Notes: generated from the sequence alone by a model not told the origin. Numbered from the stretch's first letter, positions 27,859 to 37,842 are shown. The stretch is DNA of 64,000 bases from a virus (IMGVR_UViG_3300028840_006907:288001-352000); one strand, 5' to 3'. Made by a program: numbers and translations.

Positions 27859-28485
27859 CTAAAATTTCCTTTCTACAGTATCTTTGAATTTAATCATTTT
27901 CCCAGTTCCGGTTCCTATGTGAGGAAAAGGAGTTTCAAATTCATATTTAATGACACATTTTGGCCAAGTCATGGTTGATTTTCCTCTTCTTTGTACTTTT
28001 GTTGTTGTCACACTTCTATTGTTATCTTCTATAATGAATGTGCAAGGTAAATCCCAACCATCTACATAACGAACAGCTTCATAAAAATGTCCTTCATCTT
28101 CAGCTCCATCTCCAATAAAACACCATACTTTATTTTTGCTTTTCTCCATTTTTAAAGATAAGGCTATTCCGGTAGCTATAGAAGCGGTTCCTGCTAGTAT
28201 AGAAGATGACAGGAAATTTAATTTTTTATCGAAGACATGCATTGAATCCCCGTTTAATAATATCTTTTCAAGATCTTTTTCATTTCCTCCTGCTAGTAAA
28301 TAATGGTAGTGGGATCGATGGGTAGAAAGAATATAATCTCCTTCATTAACTTTTTTGAATATTTCAATAATTTGATCTTCATTTCCTCCATTTAAATATA
28401 TCAAATAAGGAAGAAGCCCTTCTTCAAAGAGTTCAATTACTCTCTTTTCAAAAGAGATAAGTTCATTTTTTGTTTTATTAAACAT
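27859..28485 (-). CDS. TPP-dependent dehydrogenase E1 alpha-like subunit
   Basis: HRSHYHYLLAGG and FIGDGAEDEGHFYEAVRYVDGWDLPCTFIIEDNNRSV match the GDG-x(~25)-NN TPP-binding motif of E1 alpha. Confidence 0.75.
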   Translation of the reverse strand: MFNKTKNELISFEKRVIELFEEGLLPYLIYLNGGNEDQIIEIFKKVNEGDYILSTHRSHYHYLLAGGNEKDLEKILLNGDSMHVFDKKLNFLSSSILAGTASIATGIALSLKMEKSKNKVWCFIGDGAEDEGHFYEAVRYVDGWDLPCTFIIEDNNRSVTTTKVQRRGKSTMTWPKCVIKYEFETPFPHIGTGTGKMIKFKDTVERKF

Positions 28486-29545
28486 AGTTATCTCCGTAAC
28501 ATTCTATTATTTGATGTATTATCTTATTTTTTGCCTCATTAGCACATTGATGTGTACAAGATATGTCAGGTCTAAAATTTTGAAAGAAATTTTCTGTATC
28601 TCGTGAGAACCAGGTTTCACTGAATTTTTTATTTTTAATGGATCCTACCAATCCTTTTGGAGAATAAGCCATATTGTGACAAGTATAGATATTGAGATCA
28701 GCTCCAATTACAGGTACTATTAACGAGAAGAAACATTTTTTGTATTCTCTTTTATTTACCATAGGAGATATATTGTAACTGTCAAAAACATCAATACCTT
28801 CAATTTGACTAGCATATATAGTATCCAATTGTTCTCTTACTTGATATTTAATGGTATTGTGATAGTTATAAAAATCAGGAACCCACACCGGGGAGAATCG
28901 TATATTATCTACACCCATTTTATGTACAAGTTGAAAAGCTTCTATTAAGAATTCACAATTTTCTTTTGTTATGATATAGTTGACCCCGAGATTACAGGAA
29001 CTTTCTTTTTTTGAAAAGTTAAGAACATTTTCTACTATTTGATGAAACATTTTAGGGGATGCTTTTCTCGATTCGATAAAACTTTTTTCATCCCAGTAAT
29101 CGATAGAAACTCTAATCCATTTAGCATGAGTCATAATATCAGCTATGTTTCCACTGAGGAATTGACCATTTGTTAATATGGAAAGATCTATTTTACACTC
29201 AAGAGTTTTTTCAAGTATTTTCTCAATACCTTTATGAATTAATGGCTCTCCTCCACCAGAATAGGTAATAGCTTTAACACCAATGTCTTGAAGATCCTCT
29301 AATATTTCCATCATCTTTTCTGTGGGAATTTCATCCACTCTTTTCATATCGTCATGCATTTTAGAAAAGGAATAGTTGTACACACAGAAGTAACAATTAT
29401 GACAACATCTATTGGTAGGTTTTATTCTGACATAGATAGGAGAAGTTACAACATCATTTCGAAACGATTTCAATTTATCAGGAAACCACACTATTTTATA
29501 GTTGTTGTATTTATTATTCATTGTCATAGAAACCTCGTGTTTCAA
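28478..29545 (-). CDS. radical SAM enzyme
   Basis: TNRCCHNCYFCVY (CxxxCxxC), YSGGGEPL, SILTNG; start uncertain (29545/29527/29521). Confidence 0.8.
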   Translation of the reverse strand: MKHEVSMTMNNKYNNYKIVWFPDKLKSFRNDVVTSPIYVRIKPTNRCCHNCYFCVYNYSFSKMHDDMKRVDEIPTEKMMEILEDLQDIGVKAITYSGGGEPLIHKGIEKILEKTLECKIDLSILTNGQFLSGNIADIMTHAKWIRVSIDYWDEKSFIESRKASPKMFHQIVENVLNFSKKESSCNLGVNYIITKENCEFLIEAFQLVHKMGVDNIRFSPVWVPDFYNYHNTIKYQVREQLDTIYASQIEGIDVFDSYNISPMVNKREYKKCFFSLIVPVIGADLNIYTCHNMAYSPKGLVGSIKNKKFSETWFSRDTENFFQNFRPDISCTHQCANEAKNKIIHQIIECYGDNYV

Positions 29546-30038
29546 TTAGCATCATAGAGGTTTCCCATTTTGCTGCCTCTTTATAATGGTATAAAATTTC
29601 TTCTGAGTTATTTAATCTGATAACAGGAAAATCTACCATTTTCGATACAGCTTCAGTATGGTCCTGGACATGAGTTATGCAACTATATAAAGGTTTTTCT
29701 TTTTTCCCAATGACAACTCTTATAATCACTTTAGGATCGTAATCACCGTTTGACATAACTTTTATTTTGTCTAAATGATTTACTATTGAATCTAGTGCAT
29801 TTAAAACAAAATCAAATCGTTCAAAATAAACAATTGGTTTGTATCCTCTGATGCTCATTCCTATGGCCATTCCTGCCATTAAGTTCTCGGCTACAGGTGT
29901 TTCGATTAATTGAGATTCCGGAACATCAATTAAGGTATTAGCTGCTCTAGTGTATTTTGTATTATATCCTATAAATACTGTTTTTTCTTGTTTAGCCAAT
30001 TCATTCATCGAGTATTTAAGAGCATCTATATATCGCAT
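29514..30038 (-). CDS. E1 beta-like (transketolase pyrimidine-binding) subunit, lacks the C-terminal domain
   Basis: MRYIDALKYSMNELAKQEKTVFIGYN...LIETPVAENLMAGMAIGMSIRGYKPIV follows the E1 beta N-terminal pattern; only 174 aa. Confidence 0.7.
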   Translation of the reverse strand: MRYIDALKYSMNELAKQEKTVFIGYNTKYTRAANTLIDVPESQLIETPVAENLMAGMAIGMSIRGYKPIVYFERFDFVLNALDSIVNHLDKIKVMSNGDYDPKVIIRVVIGKKEKPLYSCITHVQDHTEAVSKMVDFPVIRLNNSEEILYHYKEAAKWETSMMLIETRGFYDNE

Positions 30039-30656
30039 CTATTTAACCTTTTCTTTTGGTGTAATAATCAGATAACCTTGGTCTCGGTAATCTTTTGTGA
30101 CATCGTGTGTCTCTTTAAACATTTCAACAATGTAATTAGTACCATTTAAACCGTATTTAGGTCTGAAGTATCTGTAACGTGCTATTAAATTACCTGTTTC
30201 AAATGGCCCATCTTCATGATGATTTAGATCATCAATAATCATGACGTCTTTACCTTTTCGATATTTTTTTATCATTTCGAGTTCTAAGTTTAAAGGAAAT
30301 TTCAATCTTTTTGGAAGATCTTCATCATAGTGATGTCCATCTATCTGAAAGTCAGCTCCGGGAAAATGAGCATCTAAAAAGAAAAGAACTACATCAGTTT
30401 CTTTAACTTCATTTTTAAATAGTGATTCGAGTCCTACTGGAGATTCACAATTCAAAAAATTAATTCGTGGGTCTACAATATTTTTTGAGGTTTCATTGAA
30501 AAGTTTTTCGATAATTTCAATAGAGTGTATTTTTTCAAAAGGAAATCCTAATGCATATGTTACTCCTTCTCCTTTTCCCGTACCTGTCTCTATCATAATA
30601 TTGCATCCGTAATCTCTGATATACTCATCAAGTTTATGCTTGTTTAGAGTTCCCAT
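30039..30656 (-). CDS. methyltransferase-like protein, FLDAHFPGADF family, copy 1
   Basis: ETGTGKGEG glycine-rich loop, FFLDAHFPGADF, IIDDL, QGYLIITPK; paralogue of 32001-32615. Confidence 0.45.
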   Translation of the reverse strand: MGTLNKHKLDEYIRDYGCNIMIETGTGKGEGVTYALGFPFEKIHSIEIIEKLFNETSKNIVDPRINFLNCESPVGLESLFKNEVKETDVVLFFLDAHFPGADFQIDGHHYDEDLPKRLKFPLNLELEMIKKYRKGKDVMIIDDLNHHEDGPFETGNLIARYRYFRPKYGLNGTNYIVEMFKETHDVTKDYRDQGYLIITPKEKVK

Positions 30657-31513
30657 TATATTTCCCTTTGGTTAAAGTTTGGTGTATAAAATTGTTGAAT
30701 CGCTTTATAATCATGTGGTAAAAAGTATTTCTTTATCCATGTATATGTAGGCATTCTATTGTAGATATTTTGATCATGAGTTTTTATGAATAATTTATGA
30801 GGAGGAAGTACTTTACAACATAAAATAGCACAGAAAGAATCGCACCCAACATAATAACCTGCGTATTTTGACAGGGCTATTATTGAAGTTAAAGGAATGT
30901 CTTTTGGGGCTATGAAATGATTTAAAGTAGGTGCAACAGGTGTGTCTGAAATAATGAGAACCTTTAAGCCAGTCTTTATTGACAGGTTATTTATAAATTC
31001 CCAATCATCATTATTGATAACCGCTATATCACTTCGTGGTCTTGAAGAGGTTGGATAGTGCATTAAGATATATTTAAAAGGTTCTATTTTTAATCCATTC
31101 CAATCAATATCATCAACACTAGCGCTCATTAAAAATGATGACCCTTGAAAAGTTCTATTGGTATCCATTATCATTGGTACCATGTCTACGGGACGTACAT
31201 CATCTTCAGGTTTTATATTAAGTAATTCTTTTCCTATTGTGTAATCAGGTTCGATGTCAGATCTAAAATGCCAGAAGGTATCTTTTATCGGGCTAGATTG
31301 AAAGGTCCTTCTCATATTTTTTCTACCTACTTCTTCATCTATGAAGTGATGCTTTTTTACTCTGTAATAGATATTATGATCAATTATAGGAGCTATGCAT
31401 TTCCCAAATCTGCATGGCCAGTATATTTCAGTTATAGATTCTCTTTCTTTTTGAGTCATTAAAGCATCGATACACATCATATCTCCGATGCCGACAGAGA
31501 AGTAAATTTTCAT
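30656..31513 (-). CDS. putative GT-B (GT9-like) glycosyltransferase, GIGD family, copy 1
   Basis: N-terminal IYFSVGIGDMMC and C-terminal YVGCDSFCAILC loosely resemble heptosyltransferase motifs; tentative. Confidence 0.35.
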   Translation of the reverse strand: MKIYFSVGIGDMMCIDALMTQKERESITEIYWPCRFGKCIAPIIDHNIYYRVKKHHFIDEEVGRKNMRRTFQSSPIKDTFWHFRSDIEPDYTIGKELLNIKPEDDVRPVDMVPMIMDTNRTFQGSSFLMSASVDDIDWNGLKIEPFKYILMHYPTSSRPRSDIAVINNDDWEFINNLSIKTGLKVLIISDTPVAPTLNHFIAPKDIPLTSIIALSKYAGYYVGCDSFCAILCCKVLPPHKLFIKTHDQNIYNRMPTYTWIKKYFLPHDYKAIQQFYTPNFNQREI

Positions 31514-32001
31514 TATTTTTCTCCAAAAATCATAAATGAGTGAAATAGGTCCCTTTCGGAAGCATAAATATTTTTATAGCCTTTGTTTTTCATGTAATCT
31601 TGGATAATTTTAGGTGTAAAGATATGCCTATGTTTTCTATTGTTCCATGGCCTCCAATATTCTTGTTCATAATGAGGAAGGTATAAGAACAATATCCCTC
31701 CTTCTTTTAAAATTTCATACCAATAATCCATGGCATCTATCCAGTTTTCGATATGTTCTAAGCAATGACTTGAGAAGACATAATCGACATCTTTCTTTGG
31801 TAAATTTAAAGCATGATACCCATCATCGAAGATTAGGTCAATAGGAATAGCTCCAGGTAAAGCCCAGGATCCTTTTCTGCATCCTATGTCATAACCTGTA
31901 CCTTTACATAATTGTTGGGCATAAGGTATAGCGAATTTGGCTGCATAACCTTCTGCTTGAAAATGGGGGTAAAATTTATTATTGAATTCTATTAATTCCA
32001 T
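31513..32001 (-). CDS. class I SAM-dependent methyltransferase
   Basis: GYDIGCRKG, VDYVFSSHCLEHI, LKEGGILFLYLP. Confidence 0.7.
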   Translation of the reverse strand: MELIEFNNKFYPHFQAEGYAAKFAIPYAQQLCKGTGYDIGCRKGSWALPGAIPIDLIFDDGYHALNLPKKDVDYVFSSHCLEHIENWIDAMDYWYEILKEGGILFLYLPHYEQEYWRPWNNRKHRHIFTPKIIQDYMKNKGYKNIYASERDLFHSFMIFGEK

Positions 32002-32615
32002 TATTCCTCTCGTTTTGGTGTTATTATCATATATCCTTGTGATTGGAAATCTCTAGTAAGAGAATGTGTCTTTCCGAATGCATCAAAAAGGAATTTTGAT
32101 CCGGAGGTAGGAGATATTTCATGGGCTAAAGTATTCGGTCCATCTGTAAAGGGGCCACTCTCATAAAGGCGTAAATCATCAGTTATAATTATATCATTTG
32201 TGACATCTTTTAAAGATGTGATTACTTCTACTTCTTTCTCACATGGGAGTCTCGTATTATAATCAGGTTCACTATTATAATAGGTATAATGGAAGTCAGC
32301 TCCTGGGAAATGAGCATCTAAAAAGAACAGTGTGTTGCCTTTCAAGTCCTTTATGATTTCGGGCAGAATTTTAAATGAGTTACCGTGATAAATTTTACAA
32401 TTTTTCCCTTTTTCTTTTGATAGAGCATCAAATTTTTTTACTGCTTTTTTATATATCTGATCATAAATCTCTATTGAATAAAAATTTTCAAAGGAATAAT
32501 TTAATGCATATTCCAAGCAATCACCTTCACCGGTACCAGTTTCAACATAATTTTTGAGGTTAAACGATTTAATCCATTTTTCCATTTCTGTAATAACTTG
32601 ATTTATGTGTCCCAT
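32001..32615 (-). CDS. methyltransferase-like protein, FLDAHFPGADF family, copy 2
   Basis: ETGTGEGDC, FFLDAHFPGADF, IITDDL, QGYMIITPK. Confidence 0.45.
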   Translation of the reverse strand: MGHINQVITEMEKWIKSFNLKNYVETGTGEGDCLEYALNYSFENFYSIEIYDQIYKKAVKKFDALSKEKGKNCKIYHGNSFKILPEIIKDLKGNTLFFLDAHFPGADFHYTYYNSEPDYNTRLPCEKEVEVITSLKDVTNDIIITDDLRLYESGPFTDGPNTLAHEISPTSGSKFLFDAFGKTHSLTRDFQSQGYMIITPKREE

Positions 32616-32623
32616 TTAATTCC

Positions 32624-33286
32624 TTATCTATAATTGTAATTGACTTTGAATAAGTCTTTGAGGTGGTAATAGTTCTTTGGTCCCCATCTTGAAAAGAGAT
32701 CAATCTTTTTTGCCTTTAAAGTAAGCTTTTCCATTATGTAATTAAACACTGTATCGATTAATTGAATCTCTTCAGCATTTTCAATTACTTTGGACCAATC
32801 AATTACATTAAAACCTTCATAAAGAGTATTATCTATTATTCTTAAATTAGTGGTAATTGGTATGGGAAAACATTTACTATGAGGAGGAGTACCATAATGA
32901 ATATTTCTAAAGACATATCTCTCATTATCTTTTAAACCTAGTATTTTATAATAAAGTTCATTTTCTTTCTTAGGGAATCTTTTAAAATTAAAGTAATTGG
33001 TCCAATCCCTGTGATCCAGTCCTACTAATTTATACTTTCCTTCCATGATAGGACCTGGAATTATTTGATCCGCATTTTGTAGATCTACATAGAGGTCTAT
33101 ATTATCGGGTTGGCCAAGAGGTACGAATTCGACTCCTGGGCTTATGAGGTAATCATTATACCATAAAAATTCTTTTCTGACGGGCCATTTTACTTGATAG
33201 CCTTGGTGCACAAAGTGCTGACCAATTTTTTGACAGAAAAAGACATCTCCAATGCCAGCCGGTTGATTTATTACGCATAGTTTCAT
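32624..33286 (-). CDS. hypothetical, GIGD family, copy 2 (possible GT)
   Basis: N-terminus MKLCVINQPAGIGDVFFCQ parallels 30656-31513. Confidence 0.3.
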   Translation of the reverse strand: MKLCVINQPAGIGDVFFCQKIGQHFVHQGYQVKWPVRKEFLWYNDYLISPGVEFVPLGQPDNIDLYVDLQNADQIIPGPIMEGKYKLVGLDHRDWTNYFNFKRFPKKENELYYKILGLKDNERYVFRNIHYGTPPHSKCFPIPITTNLRIIDNTLYEGFNVIDWSKVIENAEEIQLIDTVFNYIMEKLTLKAKKIDLFSRWGPKNYYHLKDLFKVNYNYR

Positions 33287-34090
33287 TTATCCAATAATAT
33301 CCTTTAAGTATTTGTCGTATAAGATATCTTCAATTATGTCATACTGTAAGGCAATTTTGAAATTATTCTCAATATATTCCATCAAGGAATAATACAATTC
33401 AGGGGATAAATCCGATACATCAAAGTCATCTTTTAATGTTATGATACCACGACTATCAAAAAACTCTCCTACATCGGGACTCCCATGATATACTGGAACT
33501 GTACCAGTAGTAAAACAGTCCAATATTTTTTCAGTCCAGTAAGTTTCATATTGTGAATTTTCAATTGTAACGGAGAACATGTAATCTACCAGAGCAATTT
33601 CTTTTTTCTCTATTTCATTAAACCCTCTGCCGTAAAGATCTAATTTATCTCTTAATTTATTTACCCATGCTAGTCTGAAATTATGGCCAGCACACATCCT
33701 TTTAGCAGAACTCATCATTGAGGCTAATTTAGTCTTCTTATAAATTTTAGGTTCCTTTATCCAGTACCCGTGAGAGGTGATGTAATGGAAATTATCTGCA
33801 AGGCTGTAGATTCTTTTGTCATGGGTAAATAGGAGAGGATAGGATTCTGAAATTTCTTTTGCATGGGCTATTATGTTGTCTATTACATTAGGAATAATTG
33901 AACTGGATTCTACTACCCAGGCAATTTTATTCGTTTTATTATTTATGTTCGGAACTATTTGTTCATCTACGAAAAAAGTCAGATCTTCTTGTTTACCTTT
34001 AGACCAATCAAAGTACGTAGGTTTTTTCCATAGTGTAGAAGAATAAGCATGTTGGAACCAACCACCTATAAGTCCTATTTTCTTTTTCAT
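33287..34090 (-). CDS. GT10 (alpha-1,3/4-fucosyltransferase-like) glycosyltransferase
   Basis: YMFSVTIENSQYETYWTEKILDCFTTGTVPVYHGSPDVGEFF aligns with the Helicobacter FucT motif FNLCFENTQGYGYVTEKIIDAYFSHTIPIYWGSP (from memory). Confidence 0.8.
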   Translation of the reverse strand: MKKKIGLIGGWFQHAYSSTLWKKPTYFDWSKGKQEDLTFFVDEQIVPNINNKTNKIAWVVESSSIIPNVIDNIIAHAKEISESYPLLFTHDKRIYSLADNFHYITSHGYWIKEPKIYKKTKLASMMSSAKRMCAGHNFRLAWVNKLRDKLDLYGRGFNEIEKKEIALVDYMFSVTIENSQYETYWTEKILDCFTTGTVPVYHGSPDVGEFFDSRGIITLKDDFDVSDLSPELYYSLMEYIENNFKIALQYDIIEDILYDKYLKDIIG

Positions 34091-34710
34091 TACAGACCGC
34101 CCTTGATATAGAATGCATCACCCCATGTCCCTCCATCCCATGTGGTCTCAGCTCTTTCAAAACCGTATTTTGAAAGGAAAGAATCCAACTCAGTTACCAT
34201 GCAACAATTTTCATAGACTTGATCACGATTTACTTCAGCAATGATATAGTCAATCTTTCTTAATGTCTCTGTGCCCCCTTTAAAAACTTCCAGCTCAAAT
34301 CCCTGGACATCAATATTAATGAGGTTGCTAAAATCAGAAAAATAAAAGTTGTCTAATTTTTCTACTCTTATCTCATCCGATTCTTCAAACTTAATATGTG
34401 GGTACTGTCTTAAATGTATCAGTGGTTTTAATAAGGAGCTAGATTCTCCTTGATTGGATGATTTATAGAAAGTCTTAAAACATTCTTCCGGACCTAAAGC
34501 AATGTTATAAATTCTTACTCTAGAGTCGTCTTTGATATTCTCGTATAGTACTTTAAAGGAATCTGGATCGGGTTCGAAAAAGTTCATCTCTTTTATTGAA
34601 TCATATTTTATATAAATTTTATATTCTTCCCCATAATGGGCTCCTATATGAATGATCCCAGTAACATTCATGTCGTATTTGTTTATTAATCTATCGAAAT
34701 CAAGTAGCAT
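34090..34710 (-). CDS. FkbM-family methyltransferase
   Basis: IHIGAHYGEE, NIDVQGFELEVFKGG, IIAEV. Confidence 0.7.
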   Translation of the reverse strand: MLLDFDRLINKYDMNVTGIIHIGAHYGEEYKIYIKYDSIKEMNFFEPDPDSFKVLYENIKDDSRVRIYNIALGPEECFKTFYKSSNQGESSSLLKPLIHLRQYPHIKFEESDEIRVEKLDNFYFSDFSNLINIDVQGFELEVFKGGTETLRKIDYIIAEVNRDQVYENCCMVTELDSFLSKYGFERAETTWDGGTWGDAFYIKGGL

Positions 34711-36765
34711 TTAATCCTCCCACTTAAGTTCAATCTCTTGATGTGGGGAAATATTTTTTACCCCTTTAATATTTCTGATAGATAGTTTACGGCCTTCCAA
34801 ATATTTCTGATTAAATTCTCCTGCTGAAATATTACCATGTCTGTTAGGGTAAGCTCCAACAAGATTTACAGGTATATTAACAATTTTAGATTCGTCATAA
34901 CAGAGCATCATAGGTCTTTCTGGAATCTGTTTCATAAGAGCATCTTCGAAAGTATTAGGATTGTTATAGGTACCGTTTTTTATTGCACTCATTAAATCAG
35001 GTGTACGATAGATATTTCCATCAACACTCATGGGATACCCCCAATCCCCGGCATAATTTTTCCATTCCCATTTATTTTCTGAAGAAAGATCGGGAGGCGG
35101 AGATGGTATGTTTTGGGGATAACAGAAATTGATCCTAGAGCATAATCTCAAAGAGATGCTTAAGATCTCATCTGGATTTAATTTGTCAAAGTCATTTCTT
35201 AATTTGTACGGTTCTTTGAATACAATGTCATCAACTAAAAACATTGTATATTCTTTTTCGGTATTTACAGCATTTATAACTGAATCTTTAAAATCATTAG
35301 TTTGTTTATAAAAGTAGAATCCTGGATGATCTGAGATAACTTTATCATAACCAGCTTTAAAATCATCGTTACTGTATGTCCATATAATAGTTATTTTGAA
35401 TTCGTACCAGTTTTCCCAAAGTTCCTTTATACTTCTTAATAATAAATCTAGTTGACATGCCCGATCTTTACTGAAAATAACAACATTCATATTTTTTAGT
35501 CTTTTATAGGGAGGTCTTTGGAAGATCCCATGAGCACAGTCCCTCTGTGTAGACCCTCTTTTATGGTCATTGACATCACTTTCAGTATTATAGATGTAGT
35601 TAAATGAAGTTAATAATTTAGCGTGTGAAGGACCTGCCATTTCGAGCATGGGTATCATGAATGACAAATCTCCTGCCATATGCCAGAAAGTGTCACCAGA
35701 GATAAAATCTCTTTTATCTATTTTTCTAAACAGCCATGTTTTAAAGGTCCTTAAATGAGTGGCTCTCCAGTCGGTGGTTTTTCTGAGAAGGTCCCAATTG
35801 GGCATTTTTGCCCATCCATCTCGTTCACCTCTTCCATTATATTCTCTAAATTGTCCGAATGAGATCCAGGTATCCGGGTCTTTATAAGCTTCAAGGACTC
35901 TTTCAAAAACCTTATTGTCATCTGGTAGCCAGTCATCTCCATCAATATTTATACAAATATCTTGATTATTAATTTCGGGTCTATGTAAAGTATGATAATA
36001 ATTTCCGCTGACATATCTTTTTTCGGTATTATTTATAATAACAAATCGATCATCTCCGTAAGTATGCCTTTCAATAAAATCAAGACTGTTATCTGTAGAT
36101 AGGTCATTACAGATATAACATTTCCAGTTTCTTACTGATTGGTTTTTTATACTGTTGATACATCGGATAATGTATTTACCTGCATTCCAACATGGAGTGA
36201 CAATTCGTAATGTATTTTTTTCTTCTTGATATTCTTGTAACACTTTGACTTCAGGTTTGGTCTCTTCTTTTTGGATACTCTTTTTTCGAACAACAATTTC
36301 GAAGGACCATTCTCCGTACATTTTTAAGTCGTAACGTTCATGATGGATAAGTTCTACACCACCTATTTTTTGAAGAATTTCCCAGAGATCTTCCCAGCCA
36401 AAATGATGGATATGTTTTTTGTTACATCTTGGATCATCTAATGGATGATAATATTCTTTGTCTACTTGGTAGAGGACTAGATATCCATCATCTTTGAGTA
36501 TTCTGAGCCACTCTCTGAGGGTTGCTTCGGTATCATATATTTCTTCCAATAAATGACTGGAATAGACATAATCAAAATGTTTATCAGGGTAGCAGGGCAT
36601 GAGACGGGCGTCTATGGGCATGTCTGCGAAAGGACTTAAAAGATCTATCCCTATAGCATCAATTTTTATTTTTGTATTACCACAGCCTAAGTCAACTCCT
36701 TGACCTTGACAGTATTTGAGTAATCTATTTCTGCAATTATCTGTTTCTCCTTTATGTCTTTCCAT
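34711..36765 (-). CDS. 684-aa methyltransferase-GT2-unknown domain fusion
   Basis: ~36765-36271: class I MTase (VDLGCGNTKI, FDYVYSSHLLEEI). ~36213-35506: GT2 (IVTPCWNAGKYIIRCINSIKNQ, NIDGDDWL). ~35476-34711: uncharacterised domain starting VVIFSKDRACQLDLLLRSI. Confidence 0.8.
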   Translation of the reverse strand: MERHKGETDNCRNRLLKYCQGQGVDLGCGNTKIKIDAIGIDLLSPFADMPIDARLMPCYPDKHFDYVYSSHLLEEIYDTEATLREWLRILKDDGYLVLYQVDKEYYHPLDDPRCNKKHIHHFGWEDLWEILQKIGGVELIHHERYDLKMYGEWSFEIVVRKKSIQKEETKPEVKVLQEYQEEKNTLRIVTPCWNAGKYIIRCINSIKNQSVRNWKCYICNDLSTDNSLDFIERHTYGDDRFVIINNTEKRYVSGNYYHTLHRPEINNQDICINIDGDDWLPDDNKVFERVLEAYKDPDTWISFGQFREYNGRGERDGWAKMPNWDLLRKTTDWRATHLRTFKTWLFRKIDKRDFISGDTFWHMAGDLSFMIPMLEMAGPSHAKLLTSFNYIYNTESDVNDHKRGSTQRDCAHGIFQRPPYKRLKNMNVVIFSKDRACQLDLLLRSIKELWENWYEFKITIIWTYSNDDFKAGYDKVISDHPGFYFYKQTNDFKDSVINAVNTEKEYTMFLVDDIVFKEPYKLRNDFDKLNPDEILSISLRLCSRINFCYPQNIPSPPPDLSSENKWEWKNYAGDWGYPMSVDGNIYRTPDLMSAIKNGTYNNPNTFEDALMKQIPERPMMLCYDESKIVNIPVNLVGAYPNRHGNISAGEFNQKYLEGRKLSIRNIKGVKNISPHQEIELKWED

Positions 36766-36788
36766 TTTATTCCTCTAATTTAAATATG

Positions 36789-37337
36789 TTATCTGTTATC
36801 TTTTACAATCTGTTCTAATTGAGCTATACGATTTTTTAACTCAGTATTTTCAGTTTTTAATTTTTCTAATTCTTTCTCTTCTTCAATTTCGGTGTCTTTT
36901 ATCATAATGGAAAGAATTTCAATTTCAGCAGGTTTAATAATTTCTGGAAAATGTTCGAAATTAATTAAATAGAAATCTATTTCGATTTCTTCCTCCAGAA
37001 TTGAGTTGATTTCAGTAAAGAGTTTTTCATATTTATTTTTTAAATCAATAAGTTCAATTTTGAATTGAGGATTTTCTGCAACACCTTTAAATTCTTCGTT
37101 CTCGATGATGGGGGCATTATTTTCGTCTCTATCCACATATTTGGCACAAAGGTTTAGTCTCTTTTCTTCAAATTCATTTAAATCTTTTTGAAGGTTATCT
37201 AATATTTCGAGTTCTTCTTTTATCTTGTTTTTATTTTTTAATAAACCTAGTCCAAACCATTTGGATGCATCTATAATACTAACTCTTTGTATTGATTCGT
37301 TAATTTTTTTGATTTCTCCTCTTTTTATTTTAGCCAT
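36789..37337 (-). CDS. hypothetical coiled-coil protein
   Basis: 182-aa ORF; Glu/Lys-rich with C-terminal ELEKLKTENTELKNRIAQLEQ. Confidence 0.5.
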   Translation of the reverse strand: MAKIKRGEIKKINESIQRVSIIDASKWFGLGLLKNKNKIKEELEILDNLQKDLNEFEEKRLNLCAKYVDRDENNAPIIENEEFKGVAENPQFKIELIDLKNKYEKLFTEINSILEEEIEIDFYLINFEHFPEIIKPAEIEILSIMIKDTEIEEEKELEKLKTENTELKNRIAQLEQIVKDNR

Positions 37338-37344
37338 TTTTTTC

Positions 37345-37842
37345 TCACTCTGTCCTTGTTATGTTGTAAACTTCAGTTTTTATCTTATCTAATTTTTTAA
37401 GAGTATCTTTTAAATTTTTCTCTATATCAAAGATTTCTTTCACAAATACTTCACTAGCGTTATATTGACCTTTTTTTATTTGCATTATAGCTATTTGTCT
37501 ATGTTCCGGTTCTGAAAGTACAAGAACGGTATTATCAGGAATTTTTCTTGAAATTATAACAGTAGCTCCCCACATATAACCCATAATACCATTTCTTATA
37601 GATTCTTTTCTTGTCTCCATATCAATTGAATCTTTACAAAATTTTCTAATATCAACATAAGATCTAGAATTCATTAAAACTTCATTTACTCTATTTTCAT
37701 GTTTTTCTATTTCTGCAAATCCATCAGCTAAAATATCGGGTATAAAATTAGGAATAGGGCTTTTAATAATTTTCCTAATATTTAATGACTTGATGAATTC
37801 TTCATATTCTATGTCTTTTAATTCTTTCGATAGGTATGCCAC
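37345..37842 (-). CDS. hypothetical protein (shares xWGA motif with 38393 and 38722 genes)
   Basis: GIMGYMWGATVIISRKIPDNTVLVL resembles KIWGAQIWIAPEATEIKAY and GFLWKTPVLLIEEATEVKVY of neighbours. Confidence 0.5.
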   Translation of the reverse strand: MAYLSKELKDIEYEEFIKSLNIRKIIKSPIPNFIPDILADGFAEIEKHENRVNEVLMNSRSYVDIRKFCKDSIDMETRKESIRNGIMGYMWGATVIISRKIPDNTVLVLSEPEHRQIAIMQIKKGQYNASEVFVKEIFDIEKNLKDTLKKLDKIKTEVYNITRTE

